Made by a program: the position numbers and the translations under genes | Part shown: piece by piece, positions 1 to 13,465 of the stretch | How the letters are laid out: every line of letters starts with the position of its first letter | How positions within the stretch are numbered: the first letter of the stretch is position 1 | The notes under the pieces: generated by a model | Told to the model about the DNA's origin: nothing | The model's input: only the letters and a program-made list of their open reading frames with translations | Databases searched by the model: none | DNA from: Callorhinchus milii | Taxonomy: Eukaryota | Length of the DNA stretch: 64,000 nt | NCBI RefSeq assembly: GCF_018977255.1 | Contig: NW_024704742.1 | Location: forward strand, 8,062,001 to 8,126,000 | Direction: 5' to 3'

Positions 1-1302
1 TACATAGACTGTACAACAGCAAAATGGTTCGTTCGACTCATCTAATCCCTACCGTTATTTATATTCCAAATGAGCCTGCACTCCCCCTAATTGACTATCC
101 TCAACTCCTCCCACACCCCTCTATTCACTTCTCCCTCATGTGTGTGTCCAGTTTGCTCTTAAATGTACTGATGCTCTCTTCTTCAACCACAGTCCAGTTC
201 ATTGAGTGGTTTAACACAGTAATAGGAATTAACGTTTGGAATTACATGTATTTTAAGATGTCTATAAACTTCCTTTGATTTAATTTAACATGAAATCAAT
301 TTCCTCTATTCAATGGCCTGCAACACCCCAATTTTTTCATATCTTTTATAAATAATGAAGGCACTTTGAGTTTGGTTAAAGTCTTTGTTGCAATGACGTG
401 ATCCATATTTCAGCAGCACAGTAATGACCATAATTGCAAAAGCTGTAATGTTAGCAAAGTGCTTTATTGCAGGCATGAAATAAAAAAGGATTCAACCTAT
501 TAAAAGAAGTAGTTACACCAGCAATGGTAGTTATAATACAGACAGCAATGGATCGAAAGTTTTGCTTGCAAAATATAACCTATAGTCATTAACAGAGAAT
601 GGGATGTGTACGATGTGCACAATCAGCATTAATTGGAAGCAATGAAATATGGCATTGAAATATCAATAGAATTTATATAGTCTTCGGTTCAACATTATGA
701 AGGATTTAATTTACAAACCATTGATCATGCCTGGATATGCACTCTCAAAAGAATTAGTAGCCCTGCACAGAAGTAATTTTTATTGGGACTGTAATATGTC
801 AGTTGTGGCATGGTCTAATAATGCACTTCCAACTACAGATCTCTCCCAATGTGGCAGAGGGTGATGGCACAGTACCACATTGCAGGTTTCATTCATTCCT
901 AGCAGCTCCCAGATCTCCTCCATCACATGTGATGGAATGTCAACCGTCAGTGATTTCAAGGGATCACAGTTTGCATTATGATACTCTTGCAGAGGCAGTA
1001 GAAAGCGATCTAAATACCTTTGAATGGTATAGAAACATTAATTAATTAATAGAAAATCCAAACAGGTTACACCTAAAGCTTTGGAGCTCCACCTAGATGT
1101 CAATATCACATATTCCCATGAAGTTGGACTTCGAGACAATCAGCTGAACAAATCTGGAATTGATTAGATACTATTCCTTTGGTGAATCTCACAGTTTAAA
1201 GCTTCATCGTCTCATTTTGGCCATCAGTTGCCCTGTTCAAATCCTCAAATAAGATGAAGTTGTCTAGTTGTCTACTTGGATGGGTCATTGAGATCAGTTG
1301 GT

Positions 1303-2690
1303 CAACAGCAACAAAATTACATTTGTATAACGCCTTTCACGTTGGGAGGATATTCCAAGGTGCTGGACAGTCAGTGTTTCAGACCTGAGCTGGGGCTCGG
1401 GATTGGAGAGAGTGGAGGGCAGGGGGGAAGGAGGGTGATCGAAAGCACGGTCGAAGAGGAGGGTCTTGAGATGAGTCTTGAAGGAGGCAAGAGAGGGGGC
1501 GAGGCGAGGGAGGAATGGAGTTCCAGAGGGTGTGGGCAGAGTTGCTGAAGGCCCACCTACCAATAGTGGGGTGGGCGAGGTGGAGGACGTGAAGCATACT
1601 GGAGTCTGCTGAGCAGAAGGAGCAGGCAGGATTGTAGGGGCTAGGAGATTGCAGAGGTAGGCCAAGTAAGGCCACAGAGGCCTTTGAAGGTGAGGACCAG
1701 GATCTTGAACTGTATCCTCTGTGATGGGAAGCCAGTGGAGTTGGGTGAGAATGGGGATGATAGGGTCACGGAGCCTGGTGTGGGAGAGGACACGGGCTGC
1801 AGAGTTCTGGATGATCTGCAGCCTATGGAGGGAGGAGTTGGGGAGCCGACAAGCAATGAATTTGCATAGTCAAGAATGGATGTTATGAATGTGTGTATGA
1901 GGGTTTCGGCAGCCTGTGGTGTGAAACAGTGACAGAGCCGGGCGATGTTGCAGAGGTGGGGGAAGGCAGAGCAGGTCATGGCGCAGATGTGGGGTACAAA
2001 GAATAGTTGAGGGTCAAACAAGACCCCAAGGTTCCAGACTGGCTTAGCAAGGTGGGGTGTGCAACCATGGAGAGTGATGCTGTCAGCGCCTGAGGTGAGG
2101 AGGTGGTGACGGGAGCCAATTAGGAGAACCTCAGTCTTGTTGATGTTCAACTAAAGAACGTTAGCTCTCATCCAGGACTTGATGTCTGACAGACATTCTG
2201 TGGTCCTGGAGTCAAGGGTGGAGGCAGAGAGATACAGTTGAGTGTCATCCGTATACATGTGGAAGTTGACCCATGTCTGCAGATGATGTCACCAAGAGGG
2301 ACCACATAGGTATTGAAGAGGAGGGGACCAAGGACAGAGCCCTGAGGAGAAACCGTTTGTGGAAATGAAGTAGAGGTGGTGTGAGAGGTATGATCTGAAC
2401 CAGTCAAGGAGACGGTGGATGAGGATACAGTAGACAACAATGGCGAAGGCAGTAGAGAGGTCAAGGAGGACGAGGAGGCAGAGGGAATCCTGGTTGCAGA
2501 TAGACAGAATGTCATTTGTCACTTTGACCAGGTCTGTTTCTGTGCTGTGGGTGGCACGGAAACCCGATTGGAGAGATTTGTGAAGGGAGTGGCGGGAGAG
2601 GAAGGAGCGAAGCTGGCAAACAACAACCCATTCCAAGAACTTGGAGAGGAAAGGGAGGATGGAGATGGGCCGGTAGTTTGAGAGCAAGAG
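1303..2690 (-). mobile_element. L2-clade LINE, 5'-truncated, frameshifted RT through 3' tail
   Basis: ORF pieces [81 protein letters not shown]-type tail at 1303. Confidence 0.92.
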
Positions 2691-2800
2691 CAATTGAGAG
2701 CAATCCCTCAAGAGAAAAAAACAACAATAAATTGGTCACATCAATCCATGACTGTTTGTGGGACACTGCTGTGCTGCCACGTTTCGCCCACAAATATATA

Positions 2801-3550
2801 TTAGAATACCATTAGAATATACAGCACAGAAACAGGCCATTCGGCCCAACCGGTCTATGCCGATGTTTATGCTCCACTTGAGCCTCCTCCCGCTCTTCCT
2901 CAACCAAGCCTTCAAGCATAACCTTCTATTCCTTTCTCTCTCATATACCTATCCAGCTTTCCTTTAAATACATCTATGTTATTTGTCTCAACAGCTCCTT
3001 GTGGTAGCATGTTCCACATTCCCACTACTCTCTGTGTGAAGAAATGTATTCTAACTTCCCTATTTGATCTATTTGTGATTATTTTATATTGATGGCCCCT
3101 GGTTTTGATCTCCCCCACAAGTGGAAACATCTTCCCTATGTCTACCCTATCAAAACCTTTCATTATTTTAAAGATCTCTATCCGGTCACGCCTTACCCTC
3201 CTCTTTTCAAGAGAAAAGAGTCCAAGTGTATTCAGCCTTTCCTGATAGGTATAACCTCTCAGTTCTGGGATCATCCTTGTGAATCTCCTTTGCCCCTTCT
3301 CCAGTGCCTCTACATCCCTTCTATAATGTGGGGACCAGAACTGCATACAGTATTCTAAGTGTGGTCTAACCCAGGTTCTATAGCAGTTTGCCATAACTTC
3401 CCTGCTTTTCATTTCTATTCCTCTAGAAATGAACCCTAATGCCTTTTTTTTATATGGCCTTATTAACCTGCATTGCTACTTTTAGTGAATTGAGTATGTG
3501 TACCCCTAGATCCCTTTGCTCCTCTACCCCATTTAGGTTTTCATTTTCTA
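2801..3550 (-). mobile_element. CR1-clade LINE 3' fragment nested in a SINE (SINE halves at 2701-2800 and 3551-3670)
   Basis: ORF 2912..3412 YRTWVRPHLEYCMQFWSPHY..RRFTRMIP..TRGHQYK..FFTQRVVGMWN; ATTCTAAT-type tail; SINE sequence resumes after the insert. Confidence 0.92.
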
Positions 3551-4356
3551 GTCAATACAGTCAATTCACTTTACAGTATATTCTGTGAAGAGCTTTGAGA
3601 CATTGAGAAGACGTGAAAAGCGCTATATCAAATGCAAGGATTATTATATTATTATTATATTATTATTATTTCCTAAGCTAAAAGAGAAAGAATACTGCAC
3701 TCTTCACCCCAGGCTGGATGAAGCAGGGAGAGCACTACACTGACAATGTATAAGTAAGGGTCAGTGCATTAGTCAGTAGCAATGGATCTATAATACACTG
3801 GTCTCTGAATTAGTGTTTTCTACTTCATTAAGCTCCCTCCAGGAGGGTACACATCACTGCTCTTTCTCATTGTGTATGTTTTCGGCTTTCATTCCTTGAG
3901 GCTAAGCGGTCTGATGGCAGAAATTGCTTGATACAAGACCAGCGCCGAAGCACTTACAGAAAGATCACAACACAGGACATTGAGACTTACTTTGGTGTGG
4001 TTTCGTGAGGCGGAAGCTCAGACTGAAAATGTCCCATTACCTTCACGGCCGTGAACACAGACAATGAACGCCACCAGCTGTCGACTGAAACTACACCTGT
4101 GTCTACGTCTGACCAGCTACACATTGATCAGATTGAACCACATTGATAATCGCTGCCCTGCAAACAGCTATCTACAGATCATAAGTGCAAGTTCAAAATA
4201 AAGTCTGATCTTCAAAATAAATAAAGGGGGGAAGGTGGGGAATGATAAAGTGCCCCTCAGGGTGCAACGCTATGGGAAAAGCTCCCCAGAATGTAATCTA
4301 GAACTACAGGTGTAAAAGTGCACTGGATCTAGATTTACTCTACAGTAAACTGATGG

Positions 4357-4898
4357 TAACTCTTCACTCCAAGGGAAAGGGGCTGAGCGACCAGTTATCC
4401 GGAGTGGCTAGTCCTCCCGGGCCACAAGGGGGCAATATGATCGGTGCGTGAGCTCAGCGGAGGTTAGACGCGCAAGCTCAGATGCATTGCATCGCAGAGA
4501 CCTCTGGTTTATTGGAGGGCGGTGCCGTGACACAGGATAGGGCGAGAGGCCTCTGAGATACAAAGCGTCATTTTAGGGGATATGAATTAACAAATCAATT
4601 TCACATCGTAAGCATTCACGCGTCTGTTTATCGAGCAGTAAGTAGGAATCCGGTTGTTAGTCGATTGGCGGATCGCTTTTTCGGGGGTAATAATTCCTTC
4701 AAAAAAAAAAAAAAAATTGGTCACTTCAATCCACGACTGTTTGTGGGACGCTGCTGTGTGTAATTTCCTGCCCGTTTCGCTCACAAGATATACAGTCAAC
4801 ACTTTACAGTATATTCTGTGAAACGCTTTGAGATGTCTCGAAGACGTGATAAGGCTCTTTATCAAATACAAGGATTATTAAGCAGTAGCGACAAGTAA
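4357..4898. mobile_element. Diverged copy of MITE family 1, interrupted by a SINE (4617-4880)
   Basis: TAACTCTTCACTCCAAGG..GCTGAGCGACCAGTTATCCGGAGTGGC..GCAGAGACCTCTGGTTTATTG..GAGGCCTCTG matches 60428-60780; GCGACAAGTA after the SINE resembles the right terminus. Confidence 0.6.
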
Positions 4899-6223
4899 AA
4901 TCAGGATTGAGTTATCGGAGTTTATTATATTTATCTGGTATTTCAGAGCTTACAGAATTTGGAAAATTCTTAAATACAACCTTAATGTTGAAGTCGGTAT
5001 TCTGTAAGTTTTTTTGAGAAACTGTGGAAAAACAGCTTCAAAGTTAAGACTGAATTCAACAGTTTGTCGTCTTCTGAAATGCAGCACAGGTAGAATGAAT
5101 CGAGTTCCAGGTGGAATTTAACCCGACTCAGGCAAGACACAAAACCTTGCGAAACCTCAGCCTCAAGACAATATCAGGTCAGAACCAAAGTCTCACAGAT
5201 CAATGTGGAATCTCGTAGCATAGTGGTTAGAATGCTCGCCTTGCAAGCGAGTGGACCCGGGTTCAATTCCCAGGCAGGGCAAACCTTAGGCAAGTTTCCT
5301 TTCGCCACACCCCTCTGTTTACCTAGAAGTAAGTAGGAACCCGGTTGTTAGTCAATTGGTGGATCGCTTTCCGGGGGTATCCCACTTGGAGCAGGAATTC
5401 TCCCTCCCTGGCTCCCGTTAACTTTATAAACCAAAGCTCTAATGGGTGGGCTGGTCCAAGTTGGACAAACAATAGGAAGATTGTCAGGAAGTGCACACAA
5501 TCGCAAACTCTGCAGTTTTAGCTGCTTACACTATAGCAATATCCCGACGTACATTTTGGGTGGACTCCAAAGAGATCCCATCCTAACTCTGATCTCCTGC
5601 GGTTCTACTGCCTCCCTCCCTTCCTCGCTCCCTCCCTCGTTCCCTCCCTCGCTCACTCCCTCCGCTCTGCCAGCCCTGACCTGCTTCAGGGTTTGGGACG
5701 TACCTCTATCTTGCATCCCCCTGCTCTGCTTTCAAAGTCCATTTAAATACCTACCTGTTTGACAGCACCTTCAGCTGTCTATCTCCCAACCCCTTTCACC
5801 CACCTCATTCAGACTCCCAGTGTATGCTTTCAGACATATGTAAGGTGCTACAGAAGTGCAAGTTATTCTGATGAATGTTTGTAATGAAGACTGACCTGCA
5901 CTCACTCAGGCTCTGATTCCTCCGACAGCCCTTCCTCCCGATCAGTCGGTGGCTTGCTCATAAAATAGGAAGTCAATATCTTGTTCTTTTTTCCAACTGG
6001 CAAGCGTCTTATTTAAGGAATCCTGGCATGAACTAATGGAAACAAATTTGTGGTGTTTCTTAACGTATTCCTTGTGCTATTTAACAGAAGGAATAGGTTA
6101 AGCAGGTACCACAGATTTTACTCCATGTTACGAATGTTTACTCTTCAAAGATGAATTGAGAGTCTTGTGTTATTTGTACATTGCATGCAAAATGGGTGGG
6201 AAACACATTGAATTGACCTTTAA

Positions 6224-6672
6224 TGGGCCTGATTCAGTTGATAGCACTCTTGGCTCTGAGTCAGAAGGTTGTAAGGTCAATCCCCACATCGGGACTTGGA
6301 GCTCGTATTGTCCAAGCTGACATTCCAGTGCAGTGCTGGGGGCATTGCTGCATTGTTGGAGGTGACGTCCTTCAGATGAGACATTAAACTGAGGCTCCAT
6401 TTGCTTGTTCAGATGGATGTTAAAGGTTCCATGGCACTATTCAAAAAGAGAAGGGAGTTTATCCCAGTGTCCTGGCCAACAATCCCCCCAAACTATAATT
6501 GGTCATTCACTCTATGGCTGTTTGTGGGACATCGCTGTGCGCAAATTGGCTGCCGCATTTGCCCAACAAAACTCAGTCACTCCACTTTACGGTATATCCA
6601 GTGAAGTGCTCTGGGACATTCTCCTGACATGAAAGGCCCTGAACCAATTTAAAGATTATTATTATTATTATT
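6224..6672 (+). mobile_element. Near full-length Deu-domain SINE (SacSINE1/AmnSINE1-like)
   Basis: Degenerate tRNA head, then CCAGTGCAGTGCTG..TTCAGATGAGACATTAAAC..CCATGGCACTATT..TCCTGGCCAAC..GCTGTTTGTGGGA..GCTGTGCGCAAATTGGCTGCCGC and an L2-like tail. Confidence 0.8.
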
Positions 6673-7754
6673 GCTAAAGTGAAATCTATGATTAAGTCCA
6701 ATCCTAAACATCTCACGTTACTGAAGCCAGGACTAAGCCCCATGCTTCAGAAGGTCAATTGGCCACAGATGACAATACAAAAATGCATAGAGCCCAAAGT
6801 GATCTTGGTACTTAATTCACTCACTCAAAACTGACTGTGTGTCATTACATCAATGAAGGATTTAGTCTGCGCTGGGCCCTCTAGCCCTCACTGGTCGATA
6901 ACCTTGGATAATACTATTAGGGCATCCTTGTTGTGTAGCACGATTTGCTGCATATTTGTTTCCGCTCATTTTAATAAAGATGATGTATGTCTGTTCATAC
7001 ACCAAATATTTCTGAGAGACAATGTAATTATGCCTGACTAATGGAAAACCCAGCTGATGCTCTCTTAAATCCGTGTTGTCTCTCTGTAGCAATCAGCTGT
7101 CAGGATGACGGATAGGCAGTGCATGCGTGTAATACAAACCAACACATTAGTCATGTGCAGTGATAATGACAGGTTTCTGAGTGCGCCACATCTCAACTAC
7201 TTCAGATGGCAACAGCGATAAAGGTCTGTATCCAGTTACTGGACATGCAATGGAAACTCAAAGAGATGCTTCTGAACTGCACTCCATGGCAAGACAAAGG
7301 TTGCAGTACTAAAGTCCTCTGCCACTGCTTCACTCTTCACTAAAACGTACACCAAACTCCTCACTCGATAATCCGACCAGGATTTTTTTTAACCCCACGA
7401 CTTAAAGATATCAGATGTCACTTAAAAGGAATTGCTGCCGGAGCCATCTGGAGCCCCGGATACGTGACCCAGAGACAAAGTGATGGAGTGACACACAAAC
7501 ACTTTCTATGGCTCCGGTAACACCCCAGTAAAAATAATGTGGGTTCCGTATTAGTGCTCTTTATCACTGCTACCTCACAGCGATTGTGTTACTACAGCTC
7601 GGGACGGTAAGTAGGAGGGCAGATCGCTTACAGACTGACCAGCATTTGGTTTCTCCCACGTATTTCCCTGCAGATCCCCTGCTGTAGCTTTTACTATCTA
7701 TGTGTATTTCAGAAAAAAGCAAGTAACCTGTTTAAATGCATTGAATAAATAAAT

Positions 7755-8118
7755 AGTCCTGTAGCTCAGTGGTTAGAGCACTCGCCTCGCAAGAGAGAAA
7801 CCTGGGTCTGATTCCCGGCAGGGCAAACCGTTGGACAAGTTTCCTTACTCCACACGTCTCTGTTTACCTAGCAGTAAGTAGGAATCCAGTTGTTTAGTTG
7901 GTTGGCAGATCGCTTTTAATGAGTCCTTCAAAAAAAATAGGTCACTCAATCCACGACTGCTTGTGGGACACTGCTGTGCGCAATTGGCTTCTGATTTGGC
8001 CCACAAAATAAACGGTCAATTCACTTTACAATATATTCTGCGAAGCGCTTTGAGACGTCTCAAAGGTGTGATAATGTGCTATGTCAAATGCAAGGATTAT
8101 TAAATTATTAAATTATTA
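7755..8118 (+). mobile_element. tRNA-headed SINE, long form, full length
   Basis: A box TAGCTCAGTGG, degenerate B box, family body, 3' Deu segment, tail ATGCAAGG(ATT)n. Confidence 0.9.
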
Positions 8119-8334
8119 GCATCATTAAATAATAATAAAGACTCAGAGTCTACCTCAACTTTACGCCAACATTATAACAGTGAACTCACTGCCTGACTCA
8201 CCACTGTTCAGATACTCACACAAGCTTCACATGTATCATTAAATATTCTTCTGGCCTCATCAATAGATTCAGGCTGACTCAAATGGTAGTCCCCTCGTTT
8301 CTAGGACAGGAGTTTAATCCCTACGTTGGCTCCT

Positions 8335-8655
8335 TAACCCCCTAACAACCTGTCCGCTCCCTCTGCTCAATGGGCTCCGGCCTGCTTCACGTACCCCGCC
8401 TTGCCCACCCCACCATTGCCCACTCCCTCTGGAACTCCATCCCACAGGCCCTCCGCCTCGCCCCTTCCCTTGCCTCCTTCAAGACCCATCTCAAGACCCT
8501 CCTCTTCGACCGTGCTTTCGGTCACCCTCCTACCCCTACCCTCCCCGCCCTCCACTGCTCATGATCCTAAACACCAGCTCAGGTCCAGATTCCTGACTGC
8601 CCAGCGCCTTGGGACGTCCTCCTGATGTGAAAGGTGCTATACAAATGTGATGTTT
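8335..8655 (+). mobile_element. L2 LINE 3' end
   Basis: LWNSIP..ASFKTHLKTLLF followed by the GCGCCTTGGGACGTCCTCCTGATGTGAAAGGTGCTAT tail. Confidence 0.88.
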
Positions 8656-8855
8656 GTAATATTTGTAAAGCTCTGACTGTTCTTCAGGAGGACGTTAAAG
8701 ATCCAATGACACTGTTTGAAATAGAGAGATCTCTCCTGGAATATTGGCCAACAGTGATCATCCAGATACGTTGAATGTTTACCTGATGGCCATTTGTAGG
8801 AACCTGCTCTGTGCAAAATGACGTCTGTGCTTGTTTACAAAAAGTTAGTACGCTT

Positions 8856-9146
8856 AATAATAATAATAATAATCCTTGCATTTGATACAGCGCCTTATCA
8901 AGTCTTCAAATCATCTCAAAGCGCTTCACAGAATATACTGTAAAGTGAATTGACTGTATATTTTGTGGGCAAAACGTGGCAGCCAATTGCACACAGCAGC
9001 GACCCCGCAAACAGTTGTGGATTGAAGTGACCAACTTATCATTGTTTTTGTTTTTCTCTTGAGGGATTATTATCAGGCGTGTGGAGTCAAACCCAGGGAA
9101 TCAAACCCAGGTTTCTCGCTTGCTCTAACCACTGAGCTACAGGACT
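8856..9146 (-). mobile_element. tRNA-headed SINE, short form, internally deleted
   Basis: (AAT)nCCTTGCATTTG tail through CCACTGAGCTACAGGAC head. Confidence 0.85.
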
Positions 9147-9272
9147 TGACAGAAAATATCATGACGTGATTTGAGACATTTCAAGGTGGTTATAATGCAA
9201 GTTTGCAATCTCACATCCACTTGTTCAAGGGACATTAACCATCACTGTTTGAAAAGAGAATTTGAAAAGAGA

Positions 9273-9820
9273 ACAACAACAACAGCAACGACAACTTGGA
9301 TTTATAGAGCGTCCTCCACGCCGGACGGCGTCTCAGAGCGCTTCACGGTATCAAATCCCGGGGCAGAGCAGGGGGGAGGGGGAGGAAGGTGACCAAAGGC
9401 GCAGTCGAAAAGAAAGGTCTTCAGTAGAGACCTGAAAATGGGAAGGGAGGGAATGAGACGAAGCGAGTGAGGAGGGAATTCCAGAGCCTCGTGGGATAGT
9501 GGCTGAAGGCACGGCCGCCGAGGGTGGAGCGGAGGACTCGGGGGACGAGGAGGCCAGACCCGGAGGAACAGAGGCAACGGGTACTGTTTTGAGGAGAGAG
9601 GAGGTCAGAGAGGTCGGGGGGTGCAGAGGAGGGGAGGAAGTTGAATACAAGGGTGAGGACCTTGAAATCGATCCTTTCTGGGACAGGCAGCCAGTGCAGT
9701 CTGGCAAGGACTGGGGTGATCAGGGAGCGGAGTTTGGTGCGGGTGAGAATGCGGGCGGCAGAGTTTTGAATGATTTGGATTTTATGGATGGTAGTGGATG
9801 GGAGACCGGGGTGGAGGAAG
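9273..9820 (-). mobile_element. L2 LINE 3' end (second tail subtype)
   Basis: LHWLP/FKVL/WNSL-type ORF2 end and (GTT)n tail with GCGCTCTGAGACGCCGTCCGGCGTGG. Confidence 0.85.
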
Positions 9821-10759
9821 TTTCTCCAGGTATCCCTGATATAAGATCAGTCGGTCACTTGGGCTGTTTGTGGTAGATTGCTGTGTGTAAATTGGCTATC
9901 AAGTTCACCTACAACTATCCTGTAACTATTCAGTAAATCCCGTGAAGTGCCATTAAAAATTATGACATGATAAGGTGCTATAACGAATGCAATGATTAAT
10001 CCACAATATTTTCTGTAGCTGTAGATACGGACTTTGAAAGCAATGTTTTTCAGGCTATTAGGGTATGCTGATAATACAATAAGGACATTTTATATAAGTG
10101 TTATGCTGATGAATCGAGTAAGTAATTTACACAAATCTACAAAGAAGGACGCATTGAATCTTTGGCCAAGGTCCTTGAGCTTTGCTACCAAGGCTGTGCA
10201 TTGCTTTGGCACAGCATCTGATGTGAAGACAGTACTCTGCAGGAAAGATTCAGTTTACTATCTCTAATCAATATGTCATTACTTAGAGGGCTGTCAATGA
10301 AGATTAAGTGTTGGACATAGGAGGAAAATTAAAAGACGTTGGTTCAGTTTGTCAGTGAGTTAAAAGTCTCGCTAGATGCAGAACAGGGCTCCAAACCTAT
10401 TAAAAGCCACAGCATTGACCCTGTTTTAATCCTTATTCTGCTTCATCCTAACAACAATCAGATGGGATCTGATAATAACCCATTTATTGAATAAGTAATG
10501 CACAATTATTGGAAATGGCCAAGCTCTTTCAAACACGGACGAAAGTCAAGTGTGCAGGTAAATGACACTTCAAGCTAAGGTTTGAGTCAAAAGAAATGTG
10601 ACATACATGTGTGTCTTCCCTGACTGGAGTCCTGCACTCACTTTGAACACTGAAGTTCCAGTCCAAATGAATCAATGTCAATTGATAGCTCTAACTTTAA
10701 AGTGATGCTCTAGCTTGTATAGCAATGATAAAACTTTGGAATCCTGTAGCTCAGTGGTC

Positions 10760-11341
10760 AGAACTCTGCAGCTCGTGTACTGTCCCGCACCAGGCTTCGG
10801 GACCACATCACTCCTACCCTCGCTCGCCTCCACTGGCTCCCCATCCCCCAGAGGATTGATTTCAAGATCCTCATCCTCACCTACAAGGCCATTCACGGCC
10901 TTGCTCCCTCCTACCTCTCCAACCTACTATCCCCCTACCTACCTGCCCGTACCCTCCGTTCCTCTGGCTCCGGTCTGCTCCACGTCCCCCGCCCCAACCG
11001 CCCTACTATCGGTGGTCGGGCCTTCAGCCTCTCAGCCCCGAGGCTCTGGAACTCCATCCCCCAGTGCCTTCGCCTTGCTTCCTCCCTTTCCTCCTTCAAG
11101 GCCGGTCTCAAAACCTTTCTCTTTGACCGAGCCTTCAGCTCCCCTCTCGACTCTCTTCCTCCTCCTCGCTCCCTCCCTTCCCTCCCTCACCCTGACCATT
11201 TCCCCCTCCTCTCTCCCTCCCTTCCCTCCCCTCACCCTGACCATTTCCCCCTGCTCGGGTCATGACCCAACTGTGCAGCGCCTTGGGACGTCCTCCTGAC
11301 GTGAAAGGCGCTCTATAAATGGAATCTTGTTGTTGTTGTTG
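10760..11341 (+). mobile_element. L2 LINE 3' fragment inserted in the head of a SINE
   Basis: QNSAAR..DHITP.L.SLHWLP..FKIL..LWNSIP and (GTT)n tail; flanked by SINE TAGCTCAGTGGT | TAGAGCACTCGCC. Confidence 0.9.
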
Positions 11342-11707
11342 TAGAGCACTCGCCTCACAAGCGAGAGACCTGGGTTTGATACCTGGCAGGGCGAAATGTT
11401 GGGCAAGTTTCCTTGCTCCACACGCCTCTGTTTATCCAGCAGTAAGTAGGAACCCGGATGTTAGTCAATTGGCGGGTCGCTTTTCCAGGGGTAATAAAAA
11501 AAAATGTTCAAAAGAAATAATAAGAATAGTTATTTGGTCACTCAATCCACAGCTGTTGGTGGGACACTGCTGTGCGCAATTGACTGCCGTGTATCCCCCA
11601 CAAAATATGCAGTCAATCCGCTTTACAGTAAATTCTATGAAGCGCTTTGAGACGTCTCAAAGAAGTGGTAAGGCACTATACCAAATGCAAGGATTATTAT
11701 TATTATA
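11342..11707 (+). mobile_element. tRNA-headed SINE, long form (first ~22 nt at 10738-10759)
   Basis: Family body and (ATT)n tail. Confidence 0.88.
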
Positions 11708-13260
11708 ACTTCGATGCATTACATCTCAATTGAGAGTCAGCCTGACTCATTCCCACCTCTGAGGCAGAAGGCTGTGGGTTAAAGTCCCACATTGTGACTT
11801 TGAACTCACATGGTCTGGATGGACTGACTGCATTGTTGGATGTGCCGTCCTTCGGAATGAGTCGTTAAACCGAGTTCCTGTCTGCCAGCTCAAGTGGATG
11901 TTAAGCATCCCACGGCACTATTCAAAATAAGAAGGGAGTTTCTCCTGGTTTCCTGGCCAACCTTTTTGATGTAGCACCTTATCATGTCATTGAGACGTCT
12001 CAAAGTACTTCACAACTTTGATTCCCACCCCAGGATCAGGGACCAAACCAGGACTTGTCAAGCTCCTTGTTGCGGACGTGAAAGACATTGTAAAAATGTA
12101 AATTTGCATTGTTTAAAAAAAAACTTTGTTCCCAAATTGCTTCTGAAATCTATCTTTATTCCTCCGTAAAACTGTCTTCTGAAACTATAATAATAATAAT
12201 CCTTGAATTTGATATAGCGCCTTATCACGTCTTTGAGATGTCTTAGAGCACTTCACAGAATATACTGTACAGTGAATTAACTGTTTATCTTTTGGGCGAA
12301 ACGCGACAGCCAATTGCGCACAGCAGTGTCCCACAAACAGTCGCGGATTGTCTCCAACAACAACAACCCGATTACATTTGTATAGCGCCTTTCACGTCGG
12401 GAGAACGTCCCAAGGCGCTGGACAGTGTACAGCATTTCAGACCCGAGCTGGAGTCAGGGGGGAGAAATGAGAAATGAGCGGACCAAGGAATGTGTTACTT
12501 GTTGTTGTTGTTGTTGTGGATTTAGTGACCAAATTATTATTATTATTGTTAAAAAACGCAATCGTTCACTTCACGACTGTTTTGGGGACACTGCTGTGGC
12601 AATTGAACATTTACTGCTGTTGGCAAACAGCTCGTGTTGGACTTTTCCCGCTCCTGGGAAACCAAAATACTCATATGCAGCATATTATATTTGGATGGGT
12701 ACATAAAAACACCAAATAAATGTGTAATAAAAGTCTCAATTGGAGCAGGACTTCTTAATTTAAAAAGAAACAGGATTTGCTGGATCACGATAATGGATGT
12801 TTAAACTCGCAATCTACTCATACGCTGATCACTTCGGTTCTTTGTGTTGGATGTCTATTAATCGAGTCTCGCCCACAAAAAAATGTGGTCGCTTAATCCA
12901 CGACTGATTGTGGGACACTGCTGTGCGCAATTGGTGCCGGATTTCGCCCACAAAACATACAGTCAGTTCACTTTACAGTATATAGCTGTAAGGCTCTTTG
13001 AGTCGTCTGGGAGACGTGATAACCCGCTATATCAAATGCAAGGATTATTATTATTATTAGAGTTCCAGAGAGCATCTCAACTGCTTGACTGTAGCTTCCC
13101 CGACTGTTACCCAGTCCTCTCTGCACAGAAATCTTCCCTGGCGACATGCTTGCAGGCGTTCAGCCTCCATCTAATTGTTGTTAATATCATTTGTTGAGTA
13201 TGATATTTTGTCTGCCTTTCTTCATGATCAAAATAATCCTAACCAACAATTAGCTGTTGT

Positions 13261-13400
13261 AAAAACAGAAGTCGCTGGGAACACTCAATAGGTCAGGCAG
13301 GATCTATGCAGAAAGGAAAGTGAGATGCCGAGATCAGATTTGTTGGTGGTGCAGGACAAAAGAAGGCAATAGCGGGAGATTATAGAAAGAAAAGATGTGT
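13261..13400 (-). mobile_element. Penelope terminal-repeat remnant
   Basis: AAAACAGAAGTCGCTGGGAACACTCAATAGGTCAGGCAGGATCTATG is the reverse complement of 52445-52492. Confidence 0.6.
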
Positions 13401-13465
13401 CTGAGAAAGGATTAGTGGTTGTGGTCTGGACTGGGCTGGAGACCCCCATCTACTGAAGAATTGTG

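Noticed and set aside
4220..4532. Apparent polypurine tract followed by a TG...CA solo LTR
   Set aside because: From 4357 onward the sequence is homologous to the fold-back element at 60428-60801 and continues past the supposed CA end; there is no second LTR or TSD.
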